A DNA stretch of 62,415 bases, the filler included, from Rhabdomonas costata (Eukaryota): the NCBI GenBank assembly GCA_019059605.1. It is 30 parts of 30 records of this genome, joined end to end, with 100 filler letters (N's around TTAATTAATTAA, not from the genome) between each part and the next. Parts side by side here need not be neighbours in the genome. Positions count along the whole stretch, not along the records: positions 58,332 to 60,313 come from JAHMHO010006747.1; positions 60,414 to 62,415 come from JAHMHO010006748.1; 28 more parts are not named here. One strand, given 5' to 3'. The notes under the pieces are model-generated. The model was not told the DNA's origin, did not search any database, and saw only the letters and a list, made by a program, of their open reading frames with translations. Positions 59,572-62,415 of the stretch are shown here, in pieces (the first letter of the stretch is position 1; every line of letters starts with the position of its first letter). The position numbers and the translations under genes are program-made.

Positions 59572-60312
59572 TTAGATGAACTGCTGCATAATGGCGTCGC
59601 TGAAGTGGTCCACGTTCTGCGGGGTAATGCCCCGAGAAAGGATCACTCCCTTCACCCTGAGGCACGAAAGCCACAGAGAGACGGAAACCTCGAGCAAATC
59701 AGTGAATGAAAACCAACCGACATTCACAACGAAGGCCCCGAAATGTATGGTATAACCGGCTGACTGGAAAAAGTAAGAACCCACAACCCACATGGATCAG
59801 CTAATCGTGCTTGGAGACAACTGACAAAATGAGCCCTCTCCTTCAACTGCCGGACCAAGACAACATTGATCCCAGCGATATTTTCGGTTCCGGTAGATGG
59901 GGCAAACACACAGCACCTGTTATAAGCGGTCCTGTTCTCCATGTCTGATAAGTGGCGGAAGGCTCCAGCCCGTCGACCGATCTGAAAGAGAAGACAAAGA
60001 CAACAATAAAGTACCGAACCCCAAAACTCCCACCAGAGGCAACTGCACAACCACAGAGTCAACCGCAACTTGAATCCATCGAAAACATAGTTGGCTCCCG
60101 TCGCCGCTCTTCTTATTTCGTCCTTGCCCAATAGAGAGAGGAGAGGCAGCACGTACCAGGTAGACGACCTGCTCCTCCGGGGGCATCGCGAGGAACTTCC
60201 GCAGCACCGCAAGCATCGCGGGCTTGGCATCGGGCAGGCGCCCAGTGATCTCTTCGAACAGGTTCAGCATGTGGTCGGAGGTCACGGTGCTGGTGATGCC
60301 CTCCAGGCTCAC
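59572..60312 (-). CDS. C-terminus of a bacterial-type radical-SAM-family protein, split by two introns; exons 60312-60157, 59981-59917, 59656-59572
   Basis: Spliced: LEGITSTVTSDHMLNLFEEITGRLPDAKPAMLAVLRKFLAMPPEEQVVYL|IGRRAGAFRHLSDMENRTAYNR|VKGVILSRGITPQNVDHFSDAIMQQFI*. SDHxxNL..GxLPxxK and GRR are recalled from uncharacterised radical-SAM proteins of anaerobic bacteria. The CxxxCxxC motif is not in this contig. Confidence 0.65.
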
Positions 60313-60413
60313 ANNNNNNNNNNNNNNNNNNNNNNNNNNNNNNNNNNNNNNNNNNNNTTAATTAATTAANNNNNNNNNNNNNNNNNNNNNNNNNNNNNNN
60401 NNNNNNNNNNNNN

Positions 60414-61509
60414 CGGGGGCAGATTCCAGACTACAATGAGCCCGTCATTCTTCCTCAGGTGCGTGCCGCTGGTGCGCATTGCTGATGTCTCTTCTCACTT
60501 CATCTCTCCTCCTCACTTCATCTTGACACGCCTTGACCGCCCTTGCGTGTGGCAGCTTGGCTCTTCTTTGGAGGGGGTGAGGTATTTTAGCCGTGCAAGC
60601 CGGGCAAGGGAAAAAAGCCCTTTCTCTGCATTGCTGTCCTTCGGGCTCTTGATCCGGAAGTGTGTTGCCTTCGGACCATCACTAATCCTCAGTGGCTTCA
60701 CCGGAATTTGGACGGGGGGGGGGGTTCGGCCCCAAATCCCATTCCCATTCGCCAGGCGTATCGCATATGGACCGAAGCGGAACGGAAGTTTTTTAAGGTA
60801 AATTTTTAAGGTTGGTTTTTAAGTAAGTTGGCACCTAAACCCACAACAGTACGTAATGTCCAAGTCGAAAGCGCTTTTGCAGAACACAGCATGCAAATGG
60901 CAGGGGTGGGGATGAGAAAACAAATACCACAAAAAACCTTGGGTATGGGCAAAAAACGGAAGTTCCGGACAACCTCTCCCTGGTGCTGATTGAGCTGTTT
61001 AATGCGCTGTGGAGTTAACGTTTCAGTGAGAATGAAAGAAAGGTGAGAGTAAAAAGAAGCTTAAAACTCACTTTAAAAAAGCGAAAGCAAAGTCTGAGGT
61101 ACCTGTTGAGGTATCTCCATCGCATGAGAAGCCCACAATCGTAGAGGTGCAGAGTGCAGGAAGGCTGCCCCTGTCATTTTTATTTGTTACAGAACGCCAC
61201 TGTGGAGCAGTTCTGCAACAAGCTTCACCGCGCCATGATGAAGGCATTTAAGTATTCCTGGGTGTGGGGCGCTTCGGTGAAGCACAACCCACAGAAGGTT
61301 TGCCCTCTCGCTTCGTTCGGGGTGAAGGATGTCATGAGCGCTGGTATAAGCAGCTTCGCAAGGATTGGAGAATCACCACATCTAGTATCTGATTCGGTTT
61401 CTTTTATACTCAGTCGTGCTTCCATTTTGCTTCCTGATACTTGGGAGGTCTTCTCATTCGAATCCTTACGCCACCACCCCCTCATAACCTTTCCCCATGG
61501 TAAGGGAGA

Positions 61510-61549
<40 letters not shown>

Positions 61550-62379
61550 TGCGCGCGCGTCTGTGTGCGGATGCGCGTCCAACAAGACCCCATAGTGTGG
61601 TGATCCCGCCACGGCGATGCTCCCGTTTTCCGCGCAAAAATTGAGCAGACAAGAGAGGCCGCCTCGCCACCGGACGTTTGAAGTGCCGGTGACGAGCAGA
61701 GGATGGGAATAAGAGAGCGGGGCAAGGAGAAGTGTGAGGAGCCAGCCTGGAGAAGCAGCTCGAGCCCAAGAAACAACGATGCCTGACGAGATCTGCGAAA
61801 GCCGTAGAGAGCAACAGACATGGATCCAAAAAGGTCCCGAAGTCCCGTGCCGTGGGGGCCCCAGGGACGGCGCCGCGGCACGGGGGCTCTCCCTTGTAAG
61901 AAGATCCTGAGGATCCCACACAGAAGAAGAGTTGAAGAGATGCCGCATAGGGTGGGTGTGGCTGTGTTCAAAGGCAAACGAGGCGAAAAGCAGTGCATTG
62001 CCAACGAGCCGTGGAAAGCGACTGAAGAATGCCCAGTTTGTGGGAGAGAAAATATACCTTTCTCAGTCGTCATCTGCAGGCAACTAATGTCCCCAACCAG
62101 GCCTAGCCCCATGTTCCACAGGGTAAGACCTGATTGGGGTGGGGCCAGAGTTGTTTTCATCCTAACGCCTAATCGAGACCAGCTTGTTAGACCGTGATAT
62201 GGATTCAAGCAGACTTCGGTGCCCGAGCTGCTGCTAAGCGCTGAAGAGTCGTTGTGTCACTGTCTCTGCCTGCACCCCATTCGTCTCAAGGCGAAATGAG
62301 GAGTGAGAGAAATTATGGGGCTGCTGTGTTCTTTCAGGTTGGAAAAGACCACATCCTGAAAGACGAGGACATTGTGCAG
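60414..62379 (+). CDS. DRG1: Developmentally regulated GTP-binding protein 1, TGS domain; exons 60414-60458, 61193-61297, 62338-62379
   Basis: [24 protein letters not shown]...[35 protein letters not shown] introns. Confidence 0.93.
61514..61548 (+). repeat. (TG)n microsatellite; similar CA/TG tracts near 6694, 13721 and 48406
   Basis: Read directly from the sequence. Confidence 0.95.
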
Positions 62380-62415
62380 GTTGTGGTCTTTTCCAACCTG
62401 AAAGAACACACCACC

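Noticed and set aside
27821-60312. Protease, ART, Hen1, catalase and radical-SAM gene as one defence island or operon
   Set aside because: They lie on separate contigs joined artificially, so adjacency carries no information.
1986-60413. Regularly spaced TTAATTAATTAA repeats as a CRISPR-like or biological array
   Set aside because: Each copy is embedded in fixed N padding; it is a concatenation linker.
61225-62208. 327-aa minus-strand ORF
   Set aside because: It is antisense to DRG1, runs through a TG microsatellite and has no recognisable motifs. It is probably spurious, like most ORFs in the track.
412-62379. Euglenid-type nonconventional (non-AG, stem-forming) introns
   Set aside because: Every junction I could anchor by homology ends in AG. 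An apparent CG acceptor near 42110 is resolved by a normal GT-AG intron (42387-42128).

Overview
This window is not one locus. It is 30 unrelated ~1.98-2.0 kb contigs, roughly size-sorted, joined by 100-nt spacers (N44-TTAATTAATTAA-N44). Many contig ends carry G/T-only primer remnants, and several carry fold-back inverted repeats, as expected for a whole-genome-amplified (probably single-cell) library. Twenty-nine contigs look like nuclear DNA of an intron-rich flagellated protist, and its Ran protein suggests a euglenozoan (euglenid/diplonemid-like). Hand-splicing of short exons recovers fragments of RagC/D, Ran, CCDC113, DRG1, Hen1, a large-subunit (clade 2) catalase, an R-S-E ADP-ribosyltransferase, LRR, Nudix, kinase-like, cyclase-like and LamG surface proteins, an F-box/WD40 pseudogene, a bacterial-type radical-SAM C-terminus with introns, and retrotransposon relics. 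Splice donors are unusually relaxed: there are several GC-AG introns and one homology-supported GA-AG intron. One contig (27096-29078) is different. It is AT-rich, intronless and gene-dense, encodes a papain-like protease, has a shared AAAATTAT upstream motif and ends in a hairpin, which suggests a DNA virus or virus-like element. All protein identities come from motif recognition by eye, not from database searches.
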